Shown one piece after another: positions 28,881-42,801 of a stretch of 64,000 nt of DNA. A program made the translations under genes and the position numbers. The stretch is from Octopus vulgaris. Lineage: Eukaryota. The notes below the pieces were generated by a model. That model was not told the DNA's origin. It saw only the letters and a program-made list of their open reading frames with translations, and did not search any database. The stretch covers positions 105,090,001-105,154,000 of the forward strand of contig OX597816.1 of the NCBI GenBank assembly GCA_951406725.2. The letters run 5' to 3'. The stretch's first letter is position 1. Each line of letters opens with the position of its first letter.

Positions 28881-31735
28881 ATCATGTAACACAGTGTTAT
28901 TTTCATTCTTAGTAAAAAAAAATGTTTAGCTTTTGACCAGCTGACAATTTATTTAGATTAGCATACAGCAAGGATGTGTAATTTGACTATAACTTACATG
29001 CATTTAAAAAAAAATTTCATTTATATATCTTCTTGCGAACAGATTGTTGTTTTTCATAAAAATTATATTCAAAATGGTATTTATCTAAATGCAGAGCCTT
29101 TTATAGTATTTTGCATTCGTTGTTTCGTCAAATTGGCATTCAAGGCTTTACGCTTTATAAACTGCAACCGAATATTTACAAATAAGCTACACATATTTTC
29201 CAAACTTTTCTGTGAAAATGAATAATTATTTGTCCATTTTTCATAGTTCAAAGGACTTTCACCGGAAACGGATTATTTTTATACTCTTTACATGATTCGC
29301 TTAAAATTTTCAATTAAAACAGGCAAATGAACTATAAATACTGCGAATATTCAAAATTATTGTACTTAACTTGTAATGACACAAGTAACCCAGAGTTTAA
29401 ATTCACATCTATTTATTCATTACCAATAAAAACATTACCAATAACAATATACCCCCGCATGCAGAGATTCAGTGAGAAAGAGGGCAAATGCTAAGTGTTA
29501 AATGTTCATTGGTTGTAATAAAGATGCGAGGCTGTCATCAGTTCGTGTTTATTCCTAATCATTAATTTCATAATACAACGTTTGCATATGACTAATATTA
29601 AATTAATATGATTTTTAGGATTAAGCTTTTTTTAAGCTTTTTCTTGTCGATTTTAGAGACCTTCGTCGTCAAGTGATTTCAGTTTTCAATGAGTGTGAAA
29701 TTTTTCCCGCGGACAAGGGGCGAAGGGATCTGTCTTAAATAACAAAAAATACAACGGACGATGGAGCTGTTCCTAATATACATGAAGATGAAATAATCAC
29801 AGTCAGAGCACCTTGGAACAAAACAACAACGTATGTTCTATCTAAAACGTTACATTTAAAGTGGCCTAATTATATTTTTGGAGAGGAATTACAAGTGAGT
29901 TTTAACACTATTTGGAAGACTTTAGACAAATCAAATATTACTAGATCGAATGTCACCTTTTCTGAGAGATTTCACATGAGAGTTGTGATCGGAGGTGAAC
30001 CTAATTCCCATCTTCCTTGAATTATTGAAAAATAGGTAGCACCACCACTGATTTAACCAATATAGGGCCTAAAAGAGGACTAACAACAGATAAAACAACC
30101 ACAATAGGAGAGCCAGAAAACTTTATGCAGTCACTCGACTTACTCGAAATAGGGACAAATTTCCTCTCACAATTTACTGCTCACGTCTGAAACAAGTTGA
30201 TTGGATAATATTATTGTGTGATGTATCTGTGGTCTTGTAATCTATTACAGGCCCCTGGTATTGATAAATTAATCGAGGACAATTAGATTAGAATTCACTA
30301 ATATTATCAAAGTGTAACAATAGAGTACTCTCGAATAAAGAGGCTTATAATAAAGAAACTGGAGCAGGCCTGCAAGAAAGTTATTGCGACCGATATGATG
30401 TACCATTTCTCCTACTCTAAACATGAAGGCTGAGTTAATAGTGTTATAACTTGAATCCTAAAGTATAAAAGTACAAAGGACTACGAGATTCGAAGACATG
30501 GCAACAAAGGTAAATTATGGCAATAAAACCACGATGTAGTATCAGACAACACATAACAGGCTTAATGTCCGACTTTGAGCAAATGTATGCAATCTTCAAA
30601 GAGTCCTTTCACAAACTGAAGAAAGTGGAGAAAGTGGGTGGAAACAGGGAACTTCTAAAATTTGACTCAACAGGCAGCCTTGTCTCTCGTGTTAGAGAGT
30701 TAGGAATATGTGTGGAAAGACTACTATAGGCCCCCTGGTGCAGGAAACGTACTTAGTAGTTGTGAGAGGAGTGAATAGCCTGGACTGAATGATCTCTATG
30801 ATTTTATACTAAAATTCTAGAGTTGTCTTTTTCTGTCTTTCTTGACATACCTCTGCTGGGATTAATGTTGTTTAAGATAGGAAAGAACTGAAACGTGCTC
30901 TTAAGGAATGACGCAAAATATAGGCGATGCTGAAAATCACTTAGATTCTAGGCTAGGATAATGTGTGAGCTAAGAGATTGGCGCTTGTTCTTCGTAGTAT
31001 CATCAGTCCTACACAAGTTTATGCGCTTCTGCAAAGATGTATTCAAGACAACATTCGTTTGAATCAATACACTTAAGAAGTAGGGAATAGTTTTCGTTTG
31101 TTTTTTGTTAGTTTATTATTTTTTTGTGTGTATGTGTATTGAGTGAAGATATAAAGGTCAGTTGAATGTACCCAACAAAACACTTGCTAAAGCAACAACA
31201 CATGTTGTTTGACCACGTTTAGCTTAAAGTGTTGAAGGTCAAGTCAAGTGGTTTTCAATTATTTTTGTTCAAACACCTTCTCTTAATCATGTAAAGGTCA
31301 TCAAATTATCCTCACACCTTATTACGCTTCTAATGAGTTAGCTAAGTGTCAAACGTTTGGTTGAATCAACCTCCACAACTGTATATACTGGGGAGCTGAG
31401 AAATCGCATATTATGGAGGAACATCGTGTTAATTTACCAGGAATTACTGTAAGGTACATCTTATCATCAAAAGAATTATTTGGATTTTTTTTCACAGTAC
31501 TGTAACTGATCCCATTTATTTGAACTTGCTAGAATAATCTGTCATGCCAAGCAAGTATTTTATGATGTTGCTATTTTTATAAGCAACACGGGGTACCCTC
31601 ACATTTCCATACTAATGTTAGGGTCTTTCGTCGGTCCGAGGTTATAGCAAGAAATACGTGTCTGAGGTGTTTAGTGCTGAGACTGAACATGTGATTCAGA
31701 CGCGAAACTCTTGCCACTCGGCCACTACAGCTCAT

Positions 31736-31992
<257 letters not shown>

Positions 31993-34700
31993 AGCTCTTT
32001 TCTAGTATTTTAAATTCTCATATAAAATATATCTACAAATATACTTCGGATACGGGAAATGCAGATTTGCTTCATGAGGACACAGTTTTGATTATAACCC
32101 TATCAACATACTCTGATTATATAAGAGAATAGGAGGAGACACGTGGGATGGAGAGTATCTGAAGAGGTCACAGGGTCTGTGACGAAAAATTCCGAAACAC
32201 AGGACATAAAATAAGAACAATAATAAATCTGGAGTGAAGGACGAACATATAGTGTGTGGGTTTATTTGGAAAAAAATGACCGTGTCTAAAGAAAGAAAGA
32301 AAGAAAGATGTGTTTTGATAGGCAATCGTTGTATATAAAATGTATATATAAGCATATATGGATGCTTGCCCTGTTTTGTTGTTTCATTCATAATGAAGAG
32401 AAGAGAAGAGAAATAATTATCTCTAATACATTGCTGTGTGTCTTGATATCTTCAGATTGAGAAACATTGCACTATATAATAGTGTTAGTCAAGCGGCCAA
32501 TGTTGTCACGACACAGCTGAGTGAAATATCCAGTATTAGAGTATATTTCTTGAGTAAATGAAAGCCATATGAGGTGAGGCAGACATAGTAGCAATAATGT
32601 TCTTTTAACTGGCATCATTTAAAAGAAAACCTATTTTGAACTATATGTACTAATGTGTCTTTTTCCTTATTTCTTTTTCTCTTTTTGTTTTTCTTTTTTT
32701 TTTTTTGAGACAGCAGAGTGTGGCTTCAGGAAAATTTGGTTGCTATTTCTAATCGGCCTAGTGATTACATACCGGGTGACACGACCTACGAGAAATAGCA
32801 GCTTATCTCATTCTACCGATTGCTACTGGATTTCTTAAGTATATAAACAGTTGGCTGCTTGTTTCTCTCTGAGATTGGTCAAATGGATGTAAATACCTCT
32901 GATTAGAATCCAGTAAGGTTCGAAAATCGATTTAAGTTGTAATCGTTTTTTCAATCTACGGATAAATAGCTAAAATTGCCCTGTTTATATGTCTTTCATA
33001 TAGGCTACATGTTTTTTTTAAAATGAGTTACCCGCGACTGGAACGCTTTTCTTCTATATGTCGACTTAAACAGGACGCAGCTAGGACTAAACAACAACGA
33101 TGTCCGGGGAGAAAGCATCTCTCATATAGAAGGAATTGCTCTTAATCAATCTTGTTATATGTAAGGATATCTTACACACACACACACACACACACACACT
33201 TCAGCCATTGGACTATACCGCTATGCCGAGACGCTACTTTGAAGGCTTGAGTCAAATAAACCATCCTCGGTACATATTTTTGAAGTCTGGTACTTATTCT
33301 ATCGATCTCTTTTGCGGGGACGTAAACAAACCAATATACATACATATATATGTATGCATGTATTTATGTATGTACATGCACACACATACATACACGTAAA
33401 TTCAAATATATATGCATACATATGTATATATACACACGCACACACACACACACACACATCTACATACTTATGTACATACACGTAAATGCAAATACATATA
33501 TATGCATACATATGTATATATACACATATATGCACACACACACACATACACATCTACATACTTATGTATATATACATATTTGCACACTCACACTTTTGAG
33601 CGTAGGCACAGAAAGTGTCTATGATACATATAGTATGTATCAAAATAGAGAAACGGTGGCAAAGCAGGGATACCGAAATATGCAAACAGGGATGTGTAGG
33701 CGACAAAAAAGATAAATGAATTGACTGTGTGTGCGCGCGAGTGAATGTGTGAGAGAGTGTGTATCTGCGGAATGCTAAAACCCTTGGCGATTATGGTGCA
33801 AGGGAGATAACTTCGGAACGACTTTTATTTTAATAACCATACAAATTTATCACTGCCGCACTTTGGATCAGTTTCTTTTTAGCCATATAAATAGATGAAT
33901 GGCCTTTAATAATGTGTGGACGCAACGATTTCCTATTTTGTGGGCATCAATAAGCCAGAAGAGAGGATAAAATATCACGCACTTAAGTGATATATATATC
34001 ATTAATCAACAAACCTATCATCAAAGGTTTTCTAGCTGTGACTCATCCTCATTTTACAAATCAGTGACATTTGCCTTGTGTATCTTGCTATTTAAGGGAA
34101 ATTTAGCTGCTATTTTTAGCAATTCCAGCAACAAAATAGGCTTCCTCTTTAATTCAGACTATAGTACATTAGATTTTAGCTTTGTCTAATTTTATTTTCT
34201 TTCGTCTATTTTCAGGATTCAAAAACCCTATATGGATTTACTTAGCCTCAGATGGTATGAGTAGATAATATGGGTAGCTGTTGTCGTCTTTCTTTCGGTC
34301 TACCAGTTAGGGTATACCTATGGCAAGAGGAATTTCTAAACTTAAACATCGTGTTTATTTTGGCATATCTTAGTTTTAAGAAAGTCGTTCTTTTAAAGAT
34401 AAGACTGTCAGCATTTTGTTGTTTCTTAATAATGTTAATCATAAAATTTCAACCCACTAAGTATAACTTCATTTTGGCATTGCTCCTTTGGTGTTGTCAT
34501 TGAAAGGGATCGAAATCTTAACCAATCATTTCTACAACAGAAACTAAAAAGTTTCATTGTTTATTTTCATTGTTACAAACTTTAGAAAAGATACATTTAA
34601 TTGATACGTACGCTTAGATGGCTCATTATTACTTTTAATTTATATAAAAAAAAAAAAAGAAAGATTCTAACGCTTACAATTTGCAAGTGCTTGAGTAACT

Positions 34701-35117
34701 TATTTCTTTATTGCCCACAAGGGGCTAAACATTGAGGAGACAAACAAGGACAGACAAACGGATTAAGTCGATTACATCGACCCCAGTGCGTAACTGGTAC
34801 TTAATATATCGACCCCCGAAAGGATGAAAGGCAAAGTCGAATTCGGCGGAATTTGAACTCAGAACGTAACGGCAGACGAAATACCTATTTCTTTACTACC
34901 CACAAGGGGCTAAACACAGAGGGGACAAACAAGGACAGACAAACGGATTAAGTCAATTACATCGACCCCAGTGCGTAACTAATACTTAATTTATCGACTC
35001 CGAAAGGATGAAAGGCAAAGTCGACCTCGGCGGAATTTGAACTCAGAACGTAGCGATGGGCGAAATACCGCAAAGCATTTGGCCCGGTGTGCTAATGTTT
35101 CTGCCAGCTCACCGCCT
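34701..35117 (-). mobile_element. Young SINE family 1 subfamily: full copy plus tandem 5'-truncated duplicate
   Basis: tatttcttta...cccacaaggggctaaaca...gaactcagaacgta repeats at 34701 and 34886. Confidence 0.88.
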
Positions 35118-36080
35118 TTAAGTGCCTGTGTAACTTGCAACTACTTTGTCGGGTTTTCAAATATTTACTGTAGAAATCCGTGTTAGTAAGTGTTAAAATA
35201 AAAATTTCTGATCTTCGACACAAGGTCAGAAATTAGCGAAAGTGAGGCGTGTGACAGTCGATTTAAATCGATACTAATAATTTAATATCGATTTATTTTA
35301 TTTTAACGGCCACGATGATATTTATTTTGAAAGTTGTGTCTAACCCCAGCATAACTAACTAGTGTGAGGCCAACTTTGAGTAAATACTTAATATCACTTT
35401 ACAAGATGTCAGCGTGAAATTTTGTCGGGTGTGACTTGTGAACCTGTCATCCGGAGCAAAATAGTTAGTACAAATTACAACCATTGCCTCATTTCTCACT
35501 AATTAATGCACGACATTATTTTGCTAATGGGTAAGTAATTTCACCCCCACACACCCCCCAAAAAAAACTATGTAGAAAAAGTGTATATGCCAACCGATTT
35601 ATATTAGCTTCATCGGAAATTTTCATTTACTTTGGTGACTCAGAACAGCAGCTGTATCTACGATGTGTAAGTCTTGATAGTTGCAGTTTTAAGAACATTT
35701 TTCTAATGAGTTGCAAAGAATAAAAATTTGGAAAATTCCACGAATAGTACAAAAAAATTATTTCGCAAATAAACTGAAAGATATTTTAATTCACTTAGAA
35801 AACATTTAAGTATTACATAGTAACACTTAGAAACCATTATTTTTGTTACATTAATAACAATATGAATTCATGAATAAATCTGCATAAATGGAAACGAGGT
35901 TTCCAATGCGAGAAGATAAACAACAGTCCTGATTGTTTTGATTGCTACATCTGTATAGAACTAAGGTCTGCTTGGATAAGAGACTCGGCGGTCCTTTAAA
36001 AACACCCTACATGAAAATATATCACAAACTCAAAAATATTGACCAAGATGACTACGAAAACCTTGTGTTATATTTTGAAA

Positions 36081-36311
36081 GGCGGCGAGCTGGCAGAAAC
36101 GTTAAGCACGCCGGGCGAAATGCGTTGCCGTATTTCGTCTGCCGTTACGTTCCGAGTTCAAATTCCGCCGAGGTCGACTTTGCCTTTCATCCTTCCGGGG
36201 TCGATAAATTAAGTACCAGTTGCGCACTGGGGTCGATGTAATCTACTTAATCCGTTTGTCCGTCCGTGTTTGTCTCCTCTGTGTTTAGCCCCTTGTGGGT
36301 AGTAAAGAAAT
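36081..36311 (+). mobile_element. Young full-length SINE family 1 copy
   Basis: ggcggcgagctggcagaaacg...gagttcaaattccgccgaggtcgactttgcctttcatcc...ccccttgtgggtagtaaagaaata. Confidence 0.9.
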
Positions 36312-37558
36312 ATATATTTATGGAACACTCGTTGAGCCAAGCTGCTGATTCTGCAAAGTGGTTTCCATCTCCTTTCGTTTTACCATTATTGTAATTAAAG
36401 CTGATGTAAACATTATCATTTGAAAATTTTCATTCTCAATTTTTAAGCTTATAGTCTAAAAAAAAAAAAAAACTGCGAAATACTTTTGAAACTTCAGTTT
36501 TTATAAAATTTTATTTTAAGCCCCGAAAATGCGGCAGTGAATATGGACCGAGTCACTTTGTATGCAACTTAGATCTCATTTAGTACTAATCTTCTCAAAA
36601 ATGCCACATCTATAACAGTTCTTGGGAAAACCTCACTGAAGTTATTATTATCCCAAAAAGAAAAGAAACGATGGGCAGGATAGCGGCATCAGAAGAAAAA
36701 AAAACAGCAAATGCTAACATAGAAATTCTACGTATAGATCGTACGCAAAATATGACTGGTTTTGCCTGGAAACGAAAATAACTGGACTAAAAACAGTGGG
36801 AAACAAAACATTGACTGGAAAAACGGACCAGAACTAATAATTTCTATTCAATCATTTTTAGCAGATTCACATTTGAATTCTTAATCCCTGGGGTTCGTTA
36901 GACACATTAACAAGTGTTTCAGATACATAATAAAACGGCAAAAGGTGTCAACAAAATTTTATCGTAAGCAGAACAATAACGCCATGTAAGACTTACCTAA
37001 AATTTATTTTGTGATTCTAAAGACTTGTTTACATTTTAACAAAGATTTAGTTAGAAATTCCGTTTTTTTTTTTTTTTTGGTATTTTTTTTGGTTTTTTGT
37101 GGGGTTGTCTTTTGTCATAATCTTTTGAGAGAGAAAAAAAATCTTCAACATACGCACTGCAAAATTCAATTGTCTAAGGATTTTTCCCTTTCTCTTTTTT
37201 ACTCAGAAAAAAACTGTATATATTGGGTAAGAAAATACAGAAACGCTAAATTTCATGAATAATAATGTATTCTGGTTAAAACCGAAATATTTTATTACAG
37301 AAAAGAAAACGGGTTTCATGTTGAACCGGGGTTGTGGAGGGTGAGAGTCTCAATAACGATATAAATCTGAAACTCCCATAAGTTTCAAGGCTTCAGTGAA
37401 TGATGTACACAAAATATGAGGCGTCCTTGTTTATTTCGGCGTCTTAGTGGTATATATTTTAAGTCTACGGCAAAAATTCCGGTTCAGTATATTCTGCATG
37501 CGAACTTTATAGTTATCCATGTCCTGATACACACACGAAATTAATTCGTTAATTACAA

Positions 37559-37564
37559 TTTATT
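37559..37564 (-). terminator. Polyadenylation signal AATAAA of the FReD gene
   Basis: AATAAA on the minus strand about 45 nt after the stop codon. Confidence 0.5.
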
Positions 37565-37608
37565 ACCATCTAAACAATGTACCTTTAGAACGATAAAAGC
37601 CTCATCTT

Positions 37609-38309
37609 TCAAACCCTTGCGATTTCCAAAACAACTTTACGTAAAGGAGATTTCATATCCCACAGATTATAGTAAAGAGTGTCCCAATAAATTCCTCTTT
37701 TGTAATCAGACGATGAGATAGAGCCACCCGGGATTATTTCACCGTTCAAATTAGAACAACCACAGTCGGTAAACCACCAACCACCGCTGCGTCTCTTGGC
37801 ACACAGAGTCGATACACCATAATCAGTAGTCGAGAAGGTTTGATTATAATTAGCGGTTTCATTGCATCTGCTAGTAGATCGAAAACTATCTCCACCGTTA
37901 CTTTCTTTCGGGAGATACTTCCCTAAGATTAACGGATATGAAAGATTTTTGTGGCCAATTTGGAAACTTTCATACAGAGAATATGCTTTGCCATTTTTTA
38001 TCCCGAAACCTTCCATAGTAATTCGCAGCTTATATTTATGCATAATTGTCAGGGCATGTATAATATTGTTGCCAAGCCAATAATCCGCTTTACCTTTTCC
38101 AAAACCTTTAGCATACTCATCCCAAGTTCTATTAAAAATATTTTCGCCATGAACCCGGCGAGAAATAGTTGTCCAAGATTCATCGTTAGTAAAATTACAA
38201 TACACTTTCTTTCGTGGACAGCCAGGCACTTCGATAATATAAACTCCACTTTCCAGATCTGGTTCTTTGGATGTTTCTTTCACATCTTGACAATCATATG
38301 GTACTTCCT
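37609..38309 (-). CDS. Exon 2 of the FReD gene: complete fibrinogen C-terminal (FBG) domain, ficolin/tachylectin-5/angiopoietin-like
   Basis: ORF 37609-38319 carries FBG motifs PYDC, SGVY, VYC, W-T-x-x-RR, FNRTWDEYAKGFG, YWLGN, FST, GGWWF, SNLNG and GIYW. A polypyrimidine acceptor (ttttctttgtcttttgtttttag) ends at 38310. Spliced CDS is 855 nt = 284 aa plus stop. Confidence 0.93.
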
Positions 38310-38464
38310 CTAAAAACAAAAGACAAAGAAAACAACTCTTTTAAAATAGAAATGATACACAAAGATTTAGAATTGATGCGTTAGTAAATATTCTATTTCA
38401 TGTCAATCTTAAAGACTTTGTATAGGTATTTGAGAATTAAAAATTAATAGCTTATCGTCCAGTG

Positions 38465-38671
38465 CAGTAGTTCTCAGCAGCATTTTTACAGTGATCCCCA
38501 ACAGTGTTTCCCAACACTTATCTAAAGGAGTTTTCCCAGGGGCCCCTTTTAATGTACTTATCCTTACGTGCATATATATATATATATGAAATTTTGAATT
38601 TAGTTCACGGACCTCCAGTACTACCTTTGCAGAACACCAGGGGCCCGCGGATCCCAGGTTGGGAACCACTG
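38465..38671. mobile_element. hAT (Buster-type) MITE in the FReD intron
   Basis: cagtagttctc / gggaaccactg ends, TSD gtccagtg / gtctagtc, homologous to 63213-63399. Confidence 0.75.
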
Positions 38672-38740
38672 GTCTAGTCTGTAGTTGAGGGAGCACTTTA
38701 GACTCAGACGTCATGTAGTAGTTCAAAGGTTTAACTAAAT

Positions 38741-41078
38741 CAGTGGTTCTTAAACTGGGGACCGCGAAGCGATTTTGCAGGGACCGCGAAGGTATCGGAA
38801 TTTTTTTTCTGCAATTGAGTGGCAAATCGCCAACAATTTTAGAAATTTTTTACACCAAAAAATAATCATATGTTCATAGTGGGTATTTGTATGCATACGT
38901 AATTCTCATGTGCATTGCTGTAGAATATAGTATTCTGGTAGCTTGGCAATACCCGTCTTGACATGCACGGTATGGTCACACTCGCGGGTACTCGCATGCG
39001 TATGCAGCGCACTGTATCGCCGTTATGCTAGCAATTTTGGTCTCAAGTGAGTGGTCTGTGATTATGGATGCAGTTTTAAAACACTTTTTATTCACAGTGC
39101 AACTTGATTAAGCAGACTTTCCTTTTTGCAACTGGTCTTGTACGCACGTGTGATTTCATCAACTTCAATTGGTCTCAGACGATTTACCGTTACAGAGAAA
39201 TTCATCATCTTTGTAATCTAATGTAAGTTTACATACACTGTTTTACGTTATCGTGCGTTAGGGTTATGATTACTCGATCTTGATTCATTTTCAAAGTAAA
39301 ATAAAGCTATCATGTCGAATAATTTTGCCAAATCGAATGTGAAGATGTAGTTTATCAATTACCATTAGTTGCACGGTTGACACCATGTAAATTTCCGCTT
39401 TTTAGAATGAATCCAAGAAAGAAAATGAAATACGACATATCCTTCTTGAAATTTGGCTTTACTGTTATAATTTAAAATGGGGAAGAAAGACCGCAACACG
39501 TTCTGTGTTCCGCGGTTTTGGCATCATCTCTCAAACCTAACAAGTTAAAGCCTCACTTGGAAATAAAACACCCAGGCTTTGTTAACAAAAAGGAGGATTT
39601 TTTCGGACAAAAACCTGATGCTCTGATACGCTCTAGACTTGATGACACGGGAGGTTTTTCTTTTGATATTGCTTCTGGTCTCAAAACTTCCTACGAAATT
39701 TCGAAAAAGTCGCTACCACAAAAAAGCCACACAACTTTGGAGAGCAACTAATCTTGCCTTGTTGCAGAATGATTATTTCAAATGTTTTTGGCCAATGCGA
39801 GCTTTCAAAACTGAAACATATATCCCTTTCAAATGACACCGTCAATAGACGAATAGCCGAATTATCTAAAAATATCCTTTCCCAAGAGGTGGCAAAAATA
39901 AACAATTCCACGTTCAACTTTTTTTCTATGGAACTTGATGAATCTACGGATATCGCTAATATGGCTCAACTGTGCGTCTTTGTACAGTATAAGAGTATGG
40001 AAAACGATTTTATTTTTTGCGAATTTCTCCACTCTAAAACGACAGCAAAAGACATTTTCGTTAAAGTTGACAACTTCTTTCGTGCACATGACATCAGTTG
40101 GGAGCACTGTATCGGTGTCTGCCTTGACGGTGCTCCAGTTATGCTAGGTTGCCGCTCGGGTTTTCAAACACCTGTCAAACACAAAGCCCCGAAAGCTCAT
40201 GGGACACATTGTACAATTCACCGACAAGCTCTTATGGCTAAGACTTTTACCAGATACACTTTAAAATGTTCTGAATGACGTTATTGCTATAGTCAACTTC
40301 ATCAAAGCTGGGGCACTAAATTCTCGTCTCTTCGCAGATTTATGCCGAGAAAATGATGCCGATTTCGAAAATCTTCTGTTGCAGTCTCGCGTCCGATGGC
40401 TATCTAAAGAGAAAGTACTGATGCGAGTTTTTTTTTTTTTTTTTTATTTGCTTCGAAACGAAAAAAGGGAATTTATTCGGGACTCGAAGCCTTGTTTGCG
40501 AGCTAAATTTTGTGACGCCCGATTTCTTATATGTCTGGCATTTTTGGTGGATATATTCGACTCTTTCAACACTTAACGCTGCAAGGAAATGGCGTGACAG
40601 TACTTCACTGTCTTGAAAAAATATCTGCTTTTAAAATGAAACTGGAACTATGGGCTTCAAAATTGAGAGGAAAAACTTTGCACCTTTTCTTTAGCTTAAT
40701 AAATTCATTGATGAAAACGAGTTTCTCGTCGATGATGATATGGTTGAGGTGATGCGAAACCATATTTGCATTCTTAGGGAAGAATTATCCCAATATTTTC
40801 CCAACTTTACTGCTTCATGAACAATCCATTTTCCATATCTCTTGCTGATCTCCCTTCCGAGGGCATAACTGTGCAGGAGCAGTTCATAGAATTGTTGAAT
40901 AACGGAACTGCAAAACAGATTTTTAGTGAAACGAGTTGTGACTTTTGGATTCAGATAGCACGGCTTTATCCAGATATTTCAAAGATAGCACTGAAATTTC
41001 TGGTTCCCTTCACAAACACTTATGAGTGCGAGTTGGCGTTTTCGCCTCTCCAATCGATCAAAGGCAAACAACGAAGGC
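38741..41078 (+). mobile_element. Decayed hAT Buster/Charlie-type DNA transposon in the FReD intron
   Basis: Left TIR CAGTGGTTCTTAAAC. Broken transposase from ATG 39407 with a BED-like finger (LKPNKLKPHLEIKH), LDESTD, DGA, HCTIH, RWLS and TYECELAFS. Right TIR not found. Confidence 0.9.
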
Positions 41079-41849
41079 GATATAATCAACTGATCTTTGC
41101 AAGAAGTTGCTCTGTGATGGCAACAGTAATCTCTTAAATATCAATACAGCAGAGAGTCTATCATTCAATATGAATTTCTGTAAATATGCATATAATATGG
41201 TGGTGGTCGTAGTTGTAGCCGACCACAATCGTTCATTGATATGGATTCAGTTATTCAATCAAATGAACAACTAGATCCTTATTAACTTGTGATTGAGCAT
41301 GTCGAAAATAAGTACATACATCACGTAAAAGCAGAATTAGTATAGCACAGTGTTTGTGACAAAGTTGTACCTTTTGAATCACTGTGAAATCCGACAGATT
41401 TCTACACAGTATCTGCCTATACAATTTCACTCACATAGTATAGATCAACTTGAGGTTGCAGAAAATTACATTTAGCCAATCTACCACACAATGGAATCGA
41501 ACCCAGGAATTCGGAGTTGCGAGGCAAACATTCTTAATCATTTGGTTATGATACACCTTGACGTATAGACTAAACGTACTGTAAGACAGAGCTATAAGGT
41601 CGTAGAACAAACGCTTTATTGTATTTGTTCCGCCTCAATACATTCTGAATTCAAATCCAACTGATATCAACGTTGCCTTTTATTATTCCAGGGTCGATAA
41701 AATGAAGTATCACATAATCGACTGTGTCTTCCCTACCTCACTGTCAAAAAGCATCTCACTTTCTGCCTATCATTACTACTGCTGGGTTGTTTTTGTATTC
41801 CGTGGTGGCATTTCAGTTAGTAAAAATAAACGTTGTTGCACGAATATGA

Positions 41850-42195
41850 TAGTCTCGGGTGAACTAAATAGCAGCCAAATCTCCGCCAAATATACATACA
41901 CTACGAAGTCCTATATACATTAAATGAGGAAAGAGAGAAAGGATTATTCCGGCTTGACTCCACTCAATTAGGACAGGACCGATGTTAAATATAAGCTCGA
42001 GGCAACAAACGAGGCTTTACATGGTCATTCGATATACAAGAAAGAGCTGATAATTTTCCCTCAAACCACATCCCGCCGTCTTGAAAAGGAAAGGTTACAC
42101 TCGATACAGCGTGGCTTTTAAAGAAGACAGAATGGTTACGGCCGGGGCGTATTTAATCATAGATGAGGATTGGCCTTGAGCTAAACAACAACCGA
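41850..42195 (+). repeat. Repeat family 3 tandem dimer
   Basis: aaatagcagccaaatctcc...gctaaacaacaac consensus. Other copies near 30130, 32790, 43930, 47395, 47600, 58150 and on the minus strand near 26000. Confidence 0.6.
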
Positions 42196-42401
42196 ATAAC
42201 TTTAGCATATGGTTTTACAATTCTTATTTCAAAATTTATTGAGGGTTAATTTTGCTTTCCATCCATGTGCAGTGTCCTTTAAACAGGTAGCAGGCACCAG
42301 TATTATTGACCATCTGTTCTGACTATCTGGTCCATACGCATGGATCAATTCGTCTTGTAAATAGTACCGCTAATTGACAATGCAGAAGCAATAGTATCGT
42401 T

Positions 42402-42801
42402 GGCGTAGGAGTGGCTGTGTGGTAAGTAGCTTGCTAACAAACCACATGGTTCCGGGTTCAGTTCGACTGCGTGGCATCTTGGGCAAGTGTCTTCTGCTAT
42501 AGCCCCGGGCCGACCAATGCCTTGTGAGTGGATTTGGTAGACGGAAACTGAAAGAAGCCTGTCGTATATAAGTATATATATATGTGTGTGTGTTTGTGTG
42601 TCTGTGTTTGTCCCCCTAGCATTGCTTGACAACCGATGCTGGTGTGTTTACGTCCCCGTCACTTAGCGGTTCGGCAAAAGAGACCGATAGAATAAGTGCT
42701 GGGCTTACAAAGAATAAGTCCCGGGGTCGATTTGCTCGACTAAAGGCAGTGCTCCAGCATGGCCGCAGTCAAATGACTGAAACAAGTAAAAGAGTAAAAG
42801 A
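42402..42801 (+). mobile_element. Full-length SINE family 2 copy in the FReD intron
   Basis: tRNA-like head ggcgtaggagtggctgtgtggtaag...ggttcagttc, cttgggcaagt core, internal (TA)/(TG), tail (agtaaaag)n. Confidence 0.9.

Noticed and set aside
30250-31000. Possible LINE coding relic around ORF 30517-30729
   Set aside because: No diagnostic motif could be read with confidence.
37862-38313. Plus-strand ORFs overlapping the FBG exon
   Set aside because: Antisense shadows of the real coding exon with no motifs.
38310-38319. TTG start for the 236-aa FBG ORF
   Set aside because: It lies in the polypyrimidine tract. The ORF is better explained as exon 2 spliced to exon 1 at 43359.
39407-41078. Domesticated ZBED/SCAND3-like host gene
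   Set aside because: Multiple stops and frameshifts plus a TIR indicate a dead transposon.
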